From Giardia intestinalis (Eukaryota): 64,000 nt of DNA. Made by a program: the position numbers and the translations under genes. Under the pieces are notes generated by a model, which was not told where the DNA came from, made no database searches, and was given only the letters and a program-made list of their open reading frames with translations. Below are positions 45,734-55,852 of the stretch, one piece after another. Location: the NCBI GenBank assembly GCA_000002435.2, contig CM018789.1, one strand, 5' to 3'. The first letter of the stretch is position 1, and every line of letters begins with the position of its first letter.

Positions 45734-48505
45734 CTATGAATGCCCCCAACCGCCAGGTTGCGTAAGTGCATCAGTTGGGCCATGAGTTGACAGCCACGGA
45801 TGCTCCAGCATTTGAGTCGCAGAAGGCCGCTTTTTATGGTCGACGGTAAGCAGTTGTTCTAGGAAGCTTCCTGCTAGACACGCCTCCTCCCTTGTGAACC
45901 CAGTCTGCTCCAGACGAAGCTGCAAAGAGAAGTGTGCCGTGGCATCAAGGTACTTCTTTGTACACTCATCTTCCAAAAGCGAAAGCCCCAAGGGTGACGC
46001 CTGAAAGTATTCAGTACCAGGGAACGGAACAGTAGCAAGGATGTCACACATATGCTGGGCATCACTAATGTGTTTACCACTGGACATGTCAACTGTCGGG
46101 AAGAGTATGTGGCCCGTAAGAAACTCGTAGATAACACACCCTACAGACCAAACATCTGCCTTTTCATCAAAAGGAAGTCCCAGTATAACTTCCGGCGCAC
46201 GGTATGGAGCGGTCTGGATAAGAGGTGGTTGGGTATCTCCAAGACGGTGACTATTCCCCAAGTCAATTAGCTTAACAGAAAACATTTCCGGCAATAGAGG
46301 TATGAGGTGATCTGTATCCGGGTATGCCACCATAATTGGCCTATAAAGAGCCGTGTCGGTGGCAGAAGAAATGATACAACCACAAATAGCATCATCGAAG
46401 GGAGGAATCCCCTCTCCGTCTGCAGAGGAATCGTGTTCAACAGACCACTCGCTGCTTATCTGAGACCCTTGACGTGTGTGTGTCCGCGAGCACTCATGGC
46501 TGTAGCTTGTAGACACAAAGGAAGCAGCCATTGACGCGGTCTCATTGCTACCATTCACTTCTCCCGTGCATGTTTCCGGACGAGCAGGAGGCCGGCTCTG
46601 TCCCCAAGGGTTACTTGTGAATGATCCGCCAATGTTGATGTGGTGGTGATCTGACATGTAGTAGTCATCATAGCAACAATTCAGCATTGCTAAGTATGAT
46701 GAAAATGCATACCTTGACTGTTTATAGACCGCAATGGATGCTGCTTTGCGAGGATCAAAATGCTTGAGCTCCACCACTATGTCATCAATGCAGTCAACAG
46801 AGCCCTTCCTAGCCACGGCGAATTGGTGTCCGTTAACAATTACGTGATTATAGGGATCGAGACCTTCTTGGATATGCAAGGTCTTACCCCTCATGTAACC
46901 GTTGAGCACGATAGGTACTGACATGCATGTAGGAAGCTCTATAGAATGGGTTTGGAGATATTCATCAGCGGTCCTCTTGTGGGCAAGAAGGATTTTCTTC
47001 AGTGTCACAGGCAAAGCCAGTTCCGCGGCAGCAAGCTTTTTAAGTAATGGGACGGCCGAGAGAGCGTCAATACTAATAACTGTCGCTTCATCGAGAAGGT
47101 GCACGCAAATATGCTCGTCGTCGTTTATTCTAGGTAGAGGAGCACGTAGGGTGGTGCTAGCCTTTTTTAGGATACGCTGCGGCTGTACATCACCATCAAC
47201 ATCGGCCTCTTTTGTCTGTTGTGTAGTCTCAATACATATGTTAAATGGAGAAGAAGTGGTCCCTCTTAGCTTTAGTAAGACAGTCTTACAAATAGAGGTC
47301 AGAGAGTTCCAAAATTGCTCTTGAGACTCCTCAGTTGATGGAATATTCTTATATGAATACAGTGCGTCCAAGTGAATCGCTGTTTTGGATAGGGAGGTCT
47401 CGTCAATGAGTAGGCCAAACTTCCTTTCTAGATTATCTGGGTATGGTACAATGCGAAACAGAAGATCCGCAGCGTAGAGGGCGTCGTGGAGCGGGTAGCT
47501 ACTAGAACTGTAAATATTCCCCGGTCCTTCCACAACTTGCAAGGACGTATTGTCAAGAAGATCATCCAGTGATCCGTGGTGGTCCGAACGGACGGTAGTT
47601 TGGGGGCTGACTGATTGTAAGTATGCTGCTATTTCCATCTGTTCAAGCCCGGATAGGCTCACAAAGTCAGCGGTGCTTGGCGCTACCGCTGTTGTTCGTA
47701 GTCTACAATCAAAGACAGGTGTGTCCAGTGTTCGAAGCTCCGAGAGGGTATACTTCAAACACAGATTCTCGGGCTTCACATCAGTGTGCACATACCCGGC
47801 AGCGTGAACGTAACCGAGAGCGACCAGTAGATGGCGGGCAAAAGTCTTTACTATCGGCACAGGGATTGCAGGCCGCGAAGAACGCCTTCGGGTGTATTGC
47901 TGCAAGAAACGATAAGTGGAGCACCCAAGAAACTCTACCACAAGACAGACGTGTTTAGAATTGGGCGGGGCGGGGTGGCGAAATACATCGTAGACAGCTT
48001 GAAGAGGCAAAGCCTCGATAGACGGGAAGCTGTCAGAGAAAAGCTCAGAGACCTTCGAATGAATTTTGCACATGACGTCATATTCATTTCGGGCTACGTT
48101 CCAATCTTCAGGATTGGAGCGTGAGATCTTGATTGCTCTAAGAGTACCGGATACCATATCAACAGCTGCCCAAACAGTGGAGAACTTCCCATACCCAATT
48201 TTCCGCAGAACCTTATAACGGTCGTGTAGGATCTCCCCTGGCGTAATACGACAAAACCCGCCCTCCTGGTAGGCGATTGTGCCCTCATCGATGGTGTGAT
48301 GTATAACGGTCTTTGTAGGTATCACAGACGCCAACGGAGCATGCTCGAGAACGGTATGTTTAGCATTATAGTGCAGAGCATCTAAAGCAGCTTCTTCTGG
48401 CTGCGATACATAGGCCGTTCCGCGGAGAGGGGCCCAAGCCATGGCTGTTTTCACATTTTTTGGTAGAGTACCAATTTTCTTTGGTCTAGAAATCGTCAAA
48501 TGCAA
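45734..48505 (-). CDS. SRPK-family (CMGC) serine/arginine protein kinase with a large spacer insert.
   Basis: The glycine loop and Lys region are YKVLRKIGYGKFSTVWAAVD...AIKI (SRPK1 has [20 protein letters not shown]...AMKV). The catalytic loop is YVHTDVKPENLCL with the SRPK-typical HTD. VKLIDLGNS matches VKIADLGNA. TAPYRAPEVILGLPFDEKADVWSVGCVIYEFLTGHILF matches the subdomain VIII-IX region. A spacer of about 400 aa splits the domain as in SRPKs. The start may instead be the internal Met at about 48442, which would remove the 20-nt overlap. Confidence 0.75.
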   Translation of the reverse strand: MHLTISRPKKIGTLPKNVKTAMAWAPLRGTAYVSQPEEAALDALHYNAKHTVLEHAPLASVIPTKTVIHHTIDEGTIAYQEGGFCRITPGEILHDRYKVLRKIGYGKFSTVWAAVDMVSGTLRAIKISRSNPEDWNVARNEYDVMCKIHSKVSELFSDSFPSIEALPLQAVYDVFRHPAPPNSKHVCLVVEFLGCSTYRFLQQYTRRRSSRPAIPVPIVKTFARHLLVALGYVHAAGYVHTDVKPENLCLKYTLSELRTLDTPVFDCRLRTTAVAPSTADFVSLSGLEQMEIAAYLQSVSPQTTVRSDHHGSLDDLLDNTSLQVVEGPGNIYSSSSYPLHDALYAADLLFRIVPYPDNLERKFGLLIDETSLSKTAIHLDALYSYKNIPSTEESQEQFWNSLTSICKTVLLKLRGTTSSPFNICIETTQQTKEADVDGDVQPQRILKKASTTLRAPLPRINDDEHICVHLLDEATVISIDALSAVPLLKKLAAAELALPVTLKKILLAHKRTADEYLQTHSIELPTCMSVPIVLNGYMRGKTLHIQEGLDPYNHVIVNGHQFAVARKGSVDCIDDIVVELKHFDPRKAASIAVYKQSRYAFSSYLAMLNCCYDDYYMSDHHHINIGGSFTSNPWGQSRPPARPETCTGEVNGSNETASMAASFVSTSYSHECSRTHTRQGSQISSEWSVEHDSSADGEGIPPFDDAICGCIISSATDTALYRPIMVAYPDTDHLIPLLPEMFSVKLIDLGNSHRLGDTQPPLIQTAPYRAPEVILGLPFDEKADVWSVGCVIYEFLTGHILFPTVDMSSGKHISDAQHMCDILATVPFPGTEYFQASPLGLSLLEDECTKKYLDATAHFSLQLRLEQTGFTREEACLAGSFLEQLLTVDHKKRPSATQMLEHPWLSTHGPTDALTQPGGWGHS

Positions 48506-50909
48506 TCTCCACGGGACCCAAGTCGCCGTATAAGTTCATAGATGGAGAACGGCTAATTCCACCACCTTGCGAGTTGGTGTGCAAACTATCGGCATTGTTG
48601 GCAGTAAGTTCACCTGTCCGTAGACCCACATCTGAAAAGTCATCAAAGTCGTTGGCATAGCTAACGTTTTCATAAGCACTCTTTTGGTCCATGGCTGATG
48701 CACTTGTCGAGTTAGTAGGAGAATGGTGAACAGTGTACGTCATCCCTCCAGCTGTGACAAGCGTTGCAGTCTTCTGTGGGGCTGCCGATGGCAGCTTTTC
48801 CTCATTTAGTGCGGTGTGTACGCTTGTGCTTAACTGGCTACGTGGCTGCTCGACTAGTTGACGCGAGGCAGCTAGATCACTGTGTGCCGATTCATCGAAG
48901 GTCATTGAGTATTGATATGACCCCTCTTTTAGTACCGATCCGTTCACTGCAGTAGCTTCCACAATCGTAACAGATTTTCTGATTGGAGAGGAGCTCTTGA
49001 AACTATCATCAGCCAAAGCCTGCTGCTTAATTGGAGACTTCTGCAATGAATCAGAATACCTTCCCACATCTACCGCCGGGTCAGATGCATTCGACCTTTC
49101 GCTAAACTTGCTCAGGGATGTCCTTCCACTAAGGTCCCTATTGATCGGAGACAGAGCATTGCAACCTTGAGTGACAGGATCTGGTGACTCTGAAAAGGCC
49201 TCTTCAAGTGCGTGCACCTGTGCCTTTGAATGGGAGATCGACCCTATTTTGGAGTCCCCAAAGGCCTTCACCGACATAGTCGACTTATAGGACGGCCGAT
49301 CAGGGAGCTCTCCGCACGGCGGGGCAGAACCGGGTCGGACAGTTGTCTGCAGTGTTGAGGCTCTAGAAGGGGAGAAGCCATCGATTATGGGAAATACCGA
49401 GTATCCAACAGCCTGGGTGTTGGGCTGTTGGGAGTCCTTCAGGGGTGTCGCGTCTGACCGAGGATCACTTAAGTAAATATCGCTAGCGAGACATGCGCCA
49501 TGAGCATCTGCGGCAGGATCTATGGCCTGCAATTCAGGAGCCGGTGTCCCTTGATAAATAAGGTTCGGATTTGGAGGAACATGGAACTGCGACTGTCTGT
49601 CTGCTGTAAGCCTGGAAAATGGCCTGCTATAGTCTTCAAACTGTTGCAATTGCCTCAGGGCATGATTATCATGTTGACCTTGGGTGCGATACCTTGGGTT
49701 GGAATACATTGGAGGTGGTACGGTTCCAGGGTTGAAGTGACTAATTGGGCGGGACGCTTGGTGCTGTTGCTGCCGCAAATATAAATGCTGCTGCCGCAAA
49801 TAGTTGTTGTCTTGTGATCCTTGGTAGTTCCCGGAGTTGCCCTCATCGGATAGTCCACTCTCATAGTTCATGTTAGGAGATGGCCCCATATTAATGGGGG
49901 GTTCGGGTAGATAAGTATTTGTGAACGGTGAGTAATCGGGGGGCGCATTTTGGAGTTGGCGAAAGTGACCTGTTGGACGAGAATCAGCTGTAGGTGGGAA
50001 GGGAAGACAGGGAGGAAGCATAGGAGCCGGAGCACCTGGCATCCCTACCTGAGAACTATAGTATCTTGCTACAGACTCGTAAAGCTTTAAAGTTTCTTCC
50101 AGAGCTATTATTCGTCGCTGCATGACAGCCATTTCATTGTCTGCAGCCTTCCTTTGATCGTTTGATGAATCTATCACTGATTGAAGATCAGCTATTCTAG
50201 CTTGCAAATCTCTGTTTTCCGCTTGAACAGTAGCAATAGTCTCTTCTCTACTCAAGATTTGCTTAGTCATGGAAGAGAGATCAGCCTCACGCGCCTGAAC
50301 AGCCAGTTCTCGTTGGGCTAGGTCTTCTTGTCTGGAAGCAAAGGTCTTCGTTGCATCCTCAAGGCGCTTCTGCTCAGCAAGCATGACTCGGCGATCGGCC
50401 TCATAATGCTCTCGCTCGGCCGCACGGGCATTCCGTTCTGCGTTGAGGACGTTTGTTATGGCGTTCAGGGCCAACTTGTGCTCCGCTGTTAACGATTGTA
50501 AAGCCTGCTCCAGGGCAATACGGTGCTCTTTGGTACATTCTGCTCGGACGCGTGCTGATATTTCGCGAGCCGAGGGGGCAGTTTGAATGCTCTCGTAGAA
50601 GATAGATATGGGGTCGAATTTGGCTTCGTTCCTAATAGGGTCTGTTTGGGTGGACACAGAGAATACATCCTGCTTCGAATCATTTCTACTCTCGCGAACA
50701 ACATCCTTGATGACAGGTTGGCGCAATTTATCGGAGCATCCCGGTATCAAGGCCTGTGTTGGTTCTGTCTCAGGTACACCAGACCCCGTCAACCCCTCAA
50801 AGTATTGCTGGAAGGACGGTGCTAAAACAGATCGAATGAAGTCACAACCAGATCCTTTTGCCATGCCTGCCAGAAATAAATCTGGGCGAGGATCCATTTT
50901 TAAACTCAA
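48486..50909 (-). CDS. Hypothetical coiled-coil protein with a Pro/Gln/Tyr/Asn-rich low-complexity C-terminal half.
   Basis: An 807 aa ORF has a central heptad-rich region (...LAQRELAVQAREADLSSMTKQILSREETIATVQAENRDLQARIADLQ...). Its last 20 nt overlap the annotated start of the SRPK gene. Confidence 0.5.
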   Translation of the reverse strand: MSLKMDPRPDLFLAGMAKGSGCDFIRSVLAPSFQQYFEGLTGSGVPETEPTQALIPGCSDKLRQPVIKDVVRESRNDSKQDVFSVSTQTDPIRNEAKFDPISIFYESIQTAPSAREISARVRAECTKEHRIALEQALQSLTAEHKLALNAITNVLNAERNARAAEREHYEADRRVMLAEQKRLEDATKTFASRQEDLAQRELAVQAREADLSSMTKQILSREETIATVQAENRDLQARIADLQSVIDSSNDQRKAADNEMAVMQRRIIALEETLKLYESVARYYSSQVGMPGAPAPMLPPCLPFPPTADSRPTGHFRQLQNAPPDYSPFTNTYLPEPPINMGPSPNMNYESGLSDEGNSGNYQGSQDNNYLRQQHLYLRQQQHQASRPISHFNPGTVPPPMYSNPRYRTQGQHDNHALRQLQQFEDYSRPFSRLTADRQSQFHVPPNPNLIYQGTPAPELQAIDPAADAHGACLASDIYLSDPRSDATPLKDSQQPNTQAVGYSVFPIIDGFSPSRASTLQTTVRPGSAPPCGELPDRPSYKSTMSVKAFGDSKIGSISHSKAQVHALEEAFSESPDPVTQGCNALSPINRDLSGRTSLSKFSERSNASDPAVDVGRYSDSLQKSPIKQQALADDSFKSSSPIRKSVTIVEATAVNGSVLKEGSYQYSMTFDESAHSDLAASRQLVEQPRSQLSTSVHTALNEEKLPSAAPQKTATLVTAGGMTYTVHHSPTNSTSASAMDQKSAYENVSYANDFDDFSDVGLRTGELTANNADSLHTNSQGGGISRSPSMNLYGDLGPVEIAFDDF

Positions 50910-50939
50910 GCAACAAAGTGCATTTACAGAACCATAGCC

Positions 50940-53900
50940 CTAGCGCTCAGAAATCAGAGGCTTCACCATCTCTACGGCAGCAGTGAGGTCCCTTACAAAG
51001 GATTGGGCGGTCCGGTCGTCTAGTAGATCAAGATGGGCGAAGAGCAAGTTGTCCCCTGTTGCTACGAATGCACGTAGAAAATATAGATACACCTGACATA
51101 GGTTCCTCTCTATCTTGTAAACGTCTGATATCTCAATGCGAAGAACTATGTATTGTCGCGCATATATTCCAAGATAAAATCCGGAGTTGTTATTTCGGAG
51201 CACTGAAAACAGCGTTGTTTCACTGCTTATCCTAGAGGAATCTATGTTGAGGCACTTCAATGTATACATAAATCGCTGAATAGGCGAATGAACCGGAACG
51301 GAGAAAGCTAATTTGTTGCTGCGAAGTTTTCTGCACAGTTGTGGCGAGCTGTCATTCAGATGTGCGCCATCATTGATTTGATGATACAAGCACGCCTGCT
51401 CCTTGTTCAGATTGCGGAAGGCTGGTGGAAGAGATTGCTCGGTCCCGTGAGTACCTGCACCGGATGACGATGTATGTTTAGCGCTGGTGGGAGCAGACAA
51501 GTGGGTGGCGCGGATAGTGTGCTGACCGTTGACAACATGCGTTTGGGCTCCACCCCTCGTTGGCGTTAGCTGTGACTTGGTTTGATGCGCCCCCTGTCCT
51601 GGAGTTGTAATGGTCTCACCCCTCATCCGGGTCTTATTAGTAACAGAATGAACATAGTGATTAAGCTTTTGTTTCAAAGAGGCGGTGGGTCTCAAGGTCG
51701 CAGTGACAGGCGTCTCACCTTCAGTACTCATAAGAACGTTAGCGTCAGCGTCAGCACCAACAGCTATACACTTATCTGTACTAGGCACTCTAAATTGGGT
51801 TTTCTTGAGATAGGACTCGATAAAGCAGTCCATGAATTTCGATGTAAGCAGATTTTCCAGCTGAATTTGGGGGGTGATATCAAACGGCGGTACCGTTTGA
51901 GTTTCCGTCACGAAAGTAAGTGCCACAGATGAGGTTGATGGTCTAGACTGCTCGTCCGATGCGCACACCGCTGATGGATCCGGGGTAACGCCGGGGTTTT
52001 GCTCGCTATTCTGACGCGGCCCATGGGCGGTGATTAAACGATCAGTCGTTGGTGACTCAATATGGGCTATTATTGGGTCATTGAGTACTTCGGTAATAGC
52101 AATGGCAAGCTCAGTCGTGTCAGAAGCACGGGGGGCTTCACAATCTATTTGTGACGAGGTGGGTCGTGACACGTGGGAGGACATTGATAGCATAGGATTC
52201 AAGCTACGCTTGGAGCTGGCAGAGCTTATACCGATGGACTTTCGCATACTTTGGGCACTGAAAACGCTGCTGGGTCCATCGACAGTGGAGTAGGTTTCGC
52301 AGCCGTCTAGAGTATTAGGAAGGTAGATATCATGCACCAGCACATGATCAGACTCTAAGGATTGGCCGACACACTCGGCATCCACAAAAGCTTCTCCAGC
52401 GTCATCCAAGTCATCCAGGCAGATCAGAGGCGCAACACTGCTACTGGAAAGAAGATGTATATCTTGCTGCTCTGTGCAGTCATTAAGAAGAGGCCCAAGA
52501 TCCTCAATCAAGCATGGTTCCACCGTGGCTTTGGATACAGGCACACTTTCATCACACAACTCTTCCTGCATTGCAGGCAGGTGCTTAGAGGTGGCACAAC
52601 TGGAGTCTGAACAGGCGGAACCAGGCGTATTAGGAGCTGGAAGAGTTAAGCATAGTGTTTGAACCGCTGGTAGATCAGCACTGCTAGTCTCATAGTTCAA
52701 GCTATCTAGTTTCTTATGATTAGCAAAGTATTGTGGATCCGGAAAGTCCCTAAGCGTGGTTTTTTCTGAAGATGCCAATGTGTTTGATAGAATCAAAGAT
52801 TGCTGAGATTGAACGTGCGTTCCTACCTGGCTAGGCTGAGAGATATAATTCAACGGCAAGTCCGTGGCGTTAGATGACGAAAGAGAGGCTTTTAGAGCTC
52901 TTTGATCCGACTCTAAATCTTCATCTGGTTCTATATGCACGCTTCCATCAACAGAAATACGAATAAAATCCAGACCGTAGAGACGATAGATATGTCCATT
53001 AGCATCTATAAAAGCACGAGTAAGATCTGCTGGAAAGGTGGCTCTATCCCCGAGTAACCTTGATGGAAGCTCAGAGAGGGCAAGAAGATGATTCTCGCGG
53101 ATATGCTTTTGGATTCTAATCGGAAACCGTGCAACATAGCGATCCTGTGCTTCTTTGGCCTCTTCGTCTAAGTCTTGAGCAGAGAGAACGGGGGCAGTAT
53201 TTTCAGCATAAGAGGATGACACACCACGAGGTTCCACAAGTAGCCCATCAGCTAGTTGCTTGTCTGTCGCAGCCAAAGTAGACAGATTCACCGATTGTAA
53301 CTGTAATGAATTGATTTTGCCCGAGCCGGATTGCGGAAGCAACCCAACCCGGGCTAGCCTAAAATCCTCATTAGATAGTGTATCTTGTGAATGAGTGACG
53401 TGCTCTATTCGAGCCTGACTTTGCTCAGCAGTGTCTGCACTAAGCTGGAGAGTGTCTGGGTGTGGTGAATTAGTGCCACCATTTTGCGTAACTGAAGTAT
53501 GGGCTTCTGGTTTAGATGAAAGGTTTTTCAGGACGATCCCGGATAAGTCGTACTCTTGAGTGCTAGTGCTAGACCTGTCATCAGGCTCATTAAGACGAGA
53601 GTTACCTAGCTGAGGAAGATTGGGGCTGGAGGATGTTTGCTTGGCAGCATGCGAAACAGATGGGCCCGGCAGAGGAGGAGGCAGCATTAGTGAAGGGCCA
53701 TCGTCTTCAGACTCTGAGTACTTAATACACAGCTCTTGCTTGGGACCACTCTTGTCTTTCTGGATGTTGACCGTAGGGTTGGAGGTCTCAGCTGGTGGCA
53801 GAACATGCTCTGAAGTATGCTCAACATTGACAGCAGGAGAAGGAAGGAAACAAATGCGGTACTTCGCCTTGATCTGGTCTGGTGTTATGGTACTACATAC

Positions 53901-55727
53901 CTCATCTTCACTATCGGTAATAACCTCGTGGTGGTTGTGGAAGCTGCGCTGGATGCACTCGTCACTCAGTCGATGAGCAGACGGGGACATGCTGCATGGA
54001 TGTGGCAGGGACGATTTGTGGCGCATGGTATCATCGTGAATGCGATGGACTTGGATATGTAATGCACCTGGAGGGGAAGAAGAGCTCTTATGCTGAGAAG
54101 AATGCCGCGCCTGTGCCATCTGAGAATCCTCTGAGCTTTCCTTGTCCTCAACCTGTGTTAGGGCAGGTAACTTCTGGGATTCTGAAGGATCAGATGTTAA
54201 GTCTACATCATTACTAAGAAGTTTCTGCACACGATATTCCAGTTGTTCATCTGCGCTCGCAGGCAAGATAGACTGAGAAGACTGACAAGCTCTCAACTCA
54301 GTATCACTTAGAGGAGCGTAGTCGGTTAGTTCAGTTCGGTCTATAACCTCTTGCTTAGGTTCTACTACCTCATGTGTATAGACAGTAGCAGATGACTTGT
54401 AAGATCTCGCTTCAAGTAGCTTGTCATGCTCTTCGTCAGAATATATTGGATGCGTTGCAGAGATAGGGTCGGCATTCCGTATTCTGTGGGTTTTTGCTTC
54501 ACGGTAATGAGTAGGAGACCCAGGTCCTTGGCTAGTTACACTCCGTGATGGTTCTGGAAGCTCAGAAAGTACCATCATCAGATGCTCTGCTTCATGTGGA
54601 AGAAGCTTGGGCAAAGTATCATCATACTCTCCACCTGTTACCGTTTGAATGTCAGTAGGACACAACATAATCGATGCAGAATCCTTTTTACCATGAGCGT
54701 CCACACTATTAGGATCGGGCCTCTTAGGTTCATCGTGACGGATATCGCTATCATTTGACAAAGTATCAAAGTCTAGGCCCGGATCAGTTGATTTGGCAAA
54801 TGCTAAAAGTCCGTCTTGTGGATCTATGCAGGAGCCACAGATTGCGTCACGCCACACTAGATCTAGCGACTGCGGGAGCGCGGGATCCATGGAGCGTGAT
54901 GCAAAGAGAATCTGCTTGAGCTTCTTGAACAGAAGTGTGGAAACACAACCACGGAACTTGTCAAAAATCAGATATACTTGTATTAGGCGTAGGTCGAAAT
55001 ATGGCTCTTCGTCTTTGATAGAAAGCCACGCTAAGGGAGAGAAGAACAGCGGAACGCCGAGAGCTGCGAGCAAGTGCTGCATCTTAGTGTGATTACGGGT
55101 CATGTGCTGAAGTGTTGTAGGAAACTTATAGAAGTTTGTTAAGAAATCCACACAAGGCACACCACTCTCACTCAAAAATCGGTGGATACCGGCCACAAAT
55201 ATAGAAAAGCTAATACATGATGTGGAAAGGCTGAGCTTGACGAGAGAAGCTGGCAAGCTGGTGTGTCTGCTGAATCCCGTCAGCTGATAGACTGGTTCGG
55301 ACCGCAGGGTGTATAATGCATTCAGGTAGTTCGCCATCTTGATAATATAACCTTCTGCCTGACGGATACGCTTGCGGTATATGCACCGCAGTACCTGGTA
55401 AATAAGATTTGCAGCGACCCCCTCCTTAGTTGCAGAATAGAGAACCTTTGGGGCAGGAAGCAAGGTTGGGGAGATACCCGAGGTGGCGATGAAGGCTAGC
55501 ATGACCTCGTGGTTGGAAAGAATATTGGCCCTCGTGTGTGACCTATGATAGAGTCTATTGTGGATTGATGAAACGTCTACGCCCAAGCGCTTCATTAGGT
55601 GGTACAAAAACGTGCCATCGTGATTTATTAGCTCTAGTAGACTTTTTATGGGTACCTCATCAACCAGTTCGGCCTCACAAAGGAAACTAACAACCAGTTT
55701 ATAGAGCATCTTTTTGAAAAGTGGCAT
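50940..55727 (-). CDS. Giant hypothetical protein of 1595 aa. Its N-terminal roughly 300 aa may form a TBC/RabGAP-like helical domain.
   Basis: The ORF is uninterrupted. The N-terminal segment ...VYQLTGFS...LTNFYKFPTTLQHMTRNHTKMQHLLAALGVPLFFSPLAWLSIKDEEPYFDLRLIQVYLIFDKF... loosely follows the TBC C-terminal-half pattern (Y.QG ... F..W.LT.F...P......R.WD). The rest is Ser/Thr-rich low complexity. Confidence 0.5.
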   Translation of the reverse strand: MPLFKKMLYKLVVSFLCEAELVDEVPIKSLLELINHDGTFLYHLMKRLGVDVSSIHNRLYHRSHTRANILSNHEVMLAFIATSGISPTLLPAPKVLYSATKEGVAANLIYQVLRCIYRKRIRQAEGYIIKMANYLNALYTLRSEPVYQLTGFSRHTSLPASLVKLSLSTSCISFSIFVAGIHRFLSESGVPCVDFLTNFYKFPTTLQHMTRNHTKMQHLLAALGVPLFFSPLAWLSIKDEEPYFDLRLIQVYLIFDKFRGCVSTLLFKKLKQILFASRSMDPALPQSLDLVWRDAICGSCIDPQDGLLAFAKSTDPGLDFDTLSNDSDIRHDEPKRPDPNSVDAHGKKDSASIMLCPTDIQTVTGGEYDDTLPKLLPHEAEHLMMVLSELPEPSRSVTSQGPGSPTHYREAKTHRIRNADPISATHPIYSDEEHDKLLEARSYKSSATVYTHEVVEPKQEVIDRTELTDYAPLSDTELRACQSSQSILPASADEQLEYRVQKLLSNDVDLTSDPSESQKLPALTQVEDKESSEDSQMAQARHSSQHKSSSSPPGALHIQVHRIHDDTMRHKSSLPHPCSMSPSAHRLSDECIQRSFHNHHEVITDSEDEVCSTITPDQIKAKYRICFLPSPAVNVEHTSEHVLPPAETSNPTVNIQKDKSGPKQELCIKYSESEDDGPSLMLPPPLPGPSVSHAAKQTSSSPNLPQLGNSRLNEPDDRSSTSTQEYDLSGIVLKNLSSKPEAHTSVTQNGGTNSPHPDTLQLSADTAEQSQARIEHVTHSQDTLSNEDFRLARVGLLPQSGSGKINSLQLQSVNLSTLAATDKQLADGLLVEPRGVSSSYAENTAPVLSAQDLDEEAKEAQDRYVARFPIRIQKHIRENHLLALSELPSRLLGDRATFPADLTRAFIDANGHIYRLYGLDFIRISVDGSVHIEPDEDLESDQRALKASLSSSNATDLPLNYISQPSQVGTHVQSQQSLILSNTLASSEKTTLRDFPDPQYFANHKKLDSLNYETSSADLPAVQTLCLTLPAPNTPGSACSDSSCATSKHLPAMQEELCDESVPVSKATVEPCLIEDLGPLLNDCTEQQDIHLLSSSSVAPLICLDDLDDAGEAFVDAECVGQSLESDHVLVHDIYLPNTLDGCETYSTVDGPSSVFSAQSMRKSIGISSASSKRSLNPMLSMSSHVSRPTSSQIDCEAPRASDTTELAIAITEVLNDPIIAHIESPTTDRLITAHGPRQNSEQNPGVTPDPSAVCASDEQSRPSTSSVALTFVTETQTVPPFDITPQIQLENLLTSKFMDCFIESYLKKTQFRVPSTDKCIAVGADADANVLMSTEGETPVTATLRPTASLKQKLNHYVHSVTNKTRMRGETITTPGQGAHQTKSQLTPTRGGAQTHVVNGQHTIRATHLSAPTSAKHTSSSGAGTHGTEQSLPPAFRNLNKEQACLYHQINDGAHLNDSSPQLCRKLRSNKLAFSVPVHSPIQRFMYTLKCLNIDSSRISSETTLFSVLRNNNSGFYLGIYARQYIVLRIEISDVYKIERNLCQVYLYFLRAFVATGDNLLFAHLDLLDDRTAQSFVRDLTAAVEMVKPLISER

Positions 55728-55852
55728 CTCTTTAAACTGGTAGGTACCTCACGATAAAACACGCGCATTTTCATAATGCTGCCCTCAGGTGCTCAGAAGA
55801 ACTGGCCAGGAATTTAGAGCTAAGAAAATAAATTCTGTCCTCACAGTCTTCT
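55728..55852. promoter_or_regulatory. Divergent promoter between the giant gene (minus strand) and the kinesin-2 gene (plus strand).
   Basis: A 125 bp spacer contains an A/T-rich element (gctaagaaaataaattctg) about 30 nt upstream of the kinesin ATG. Confidence 0.35.
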
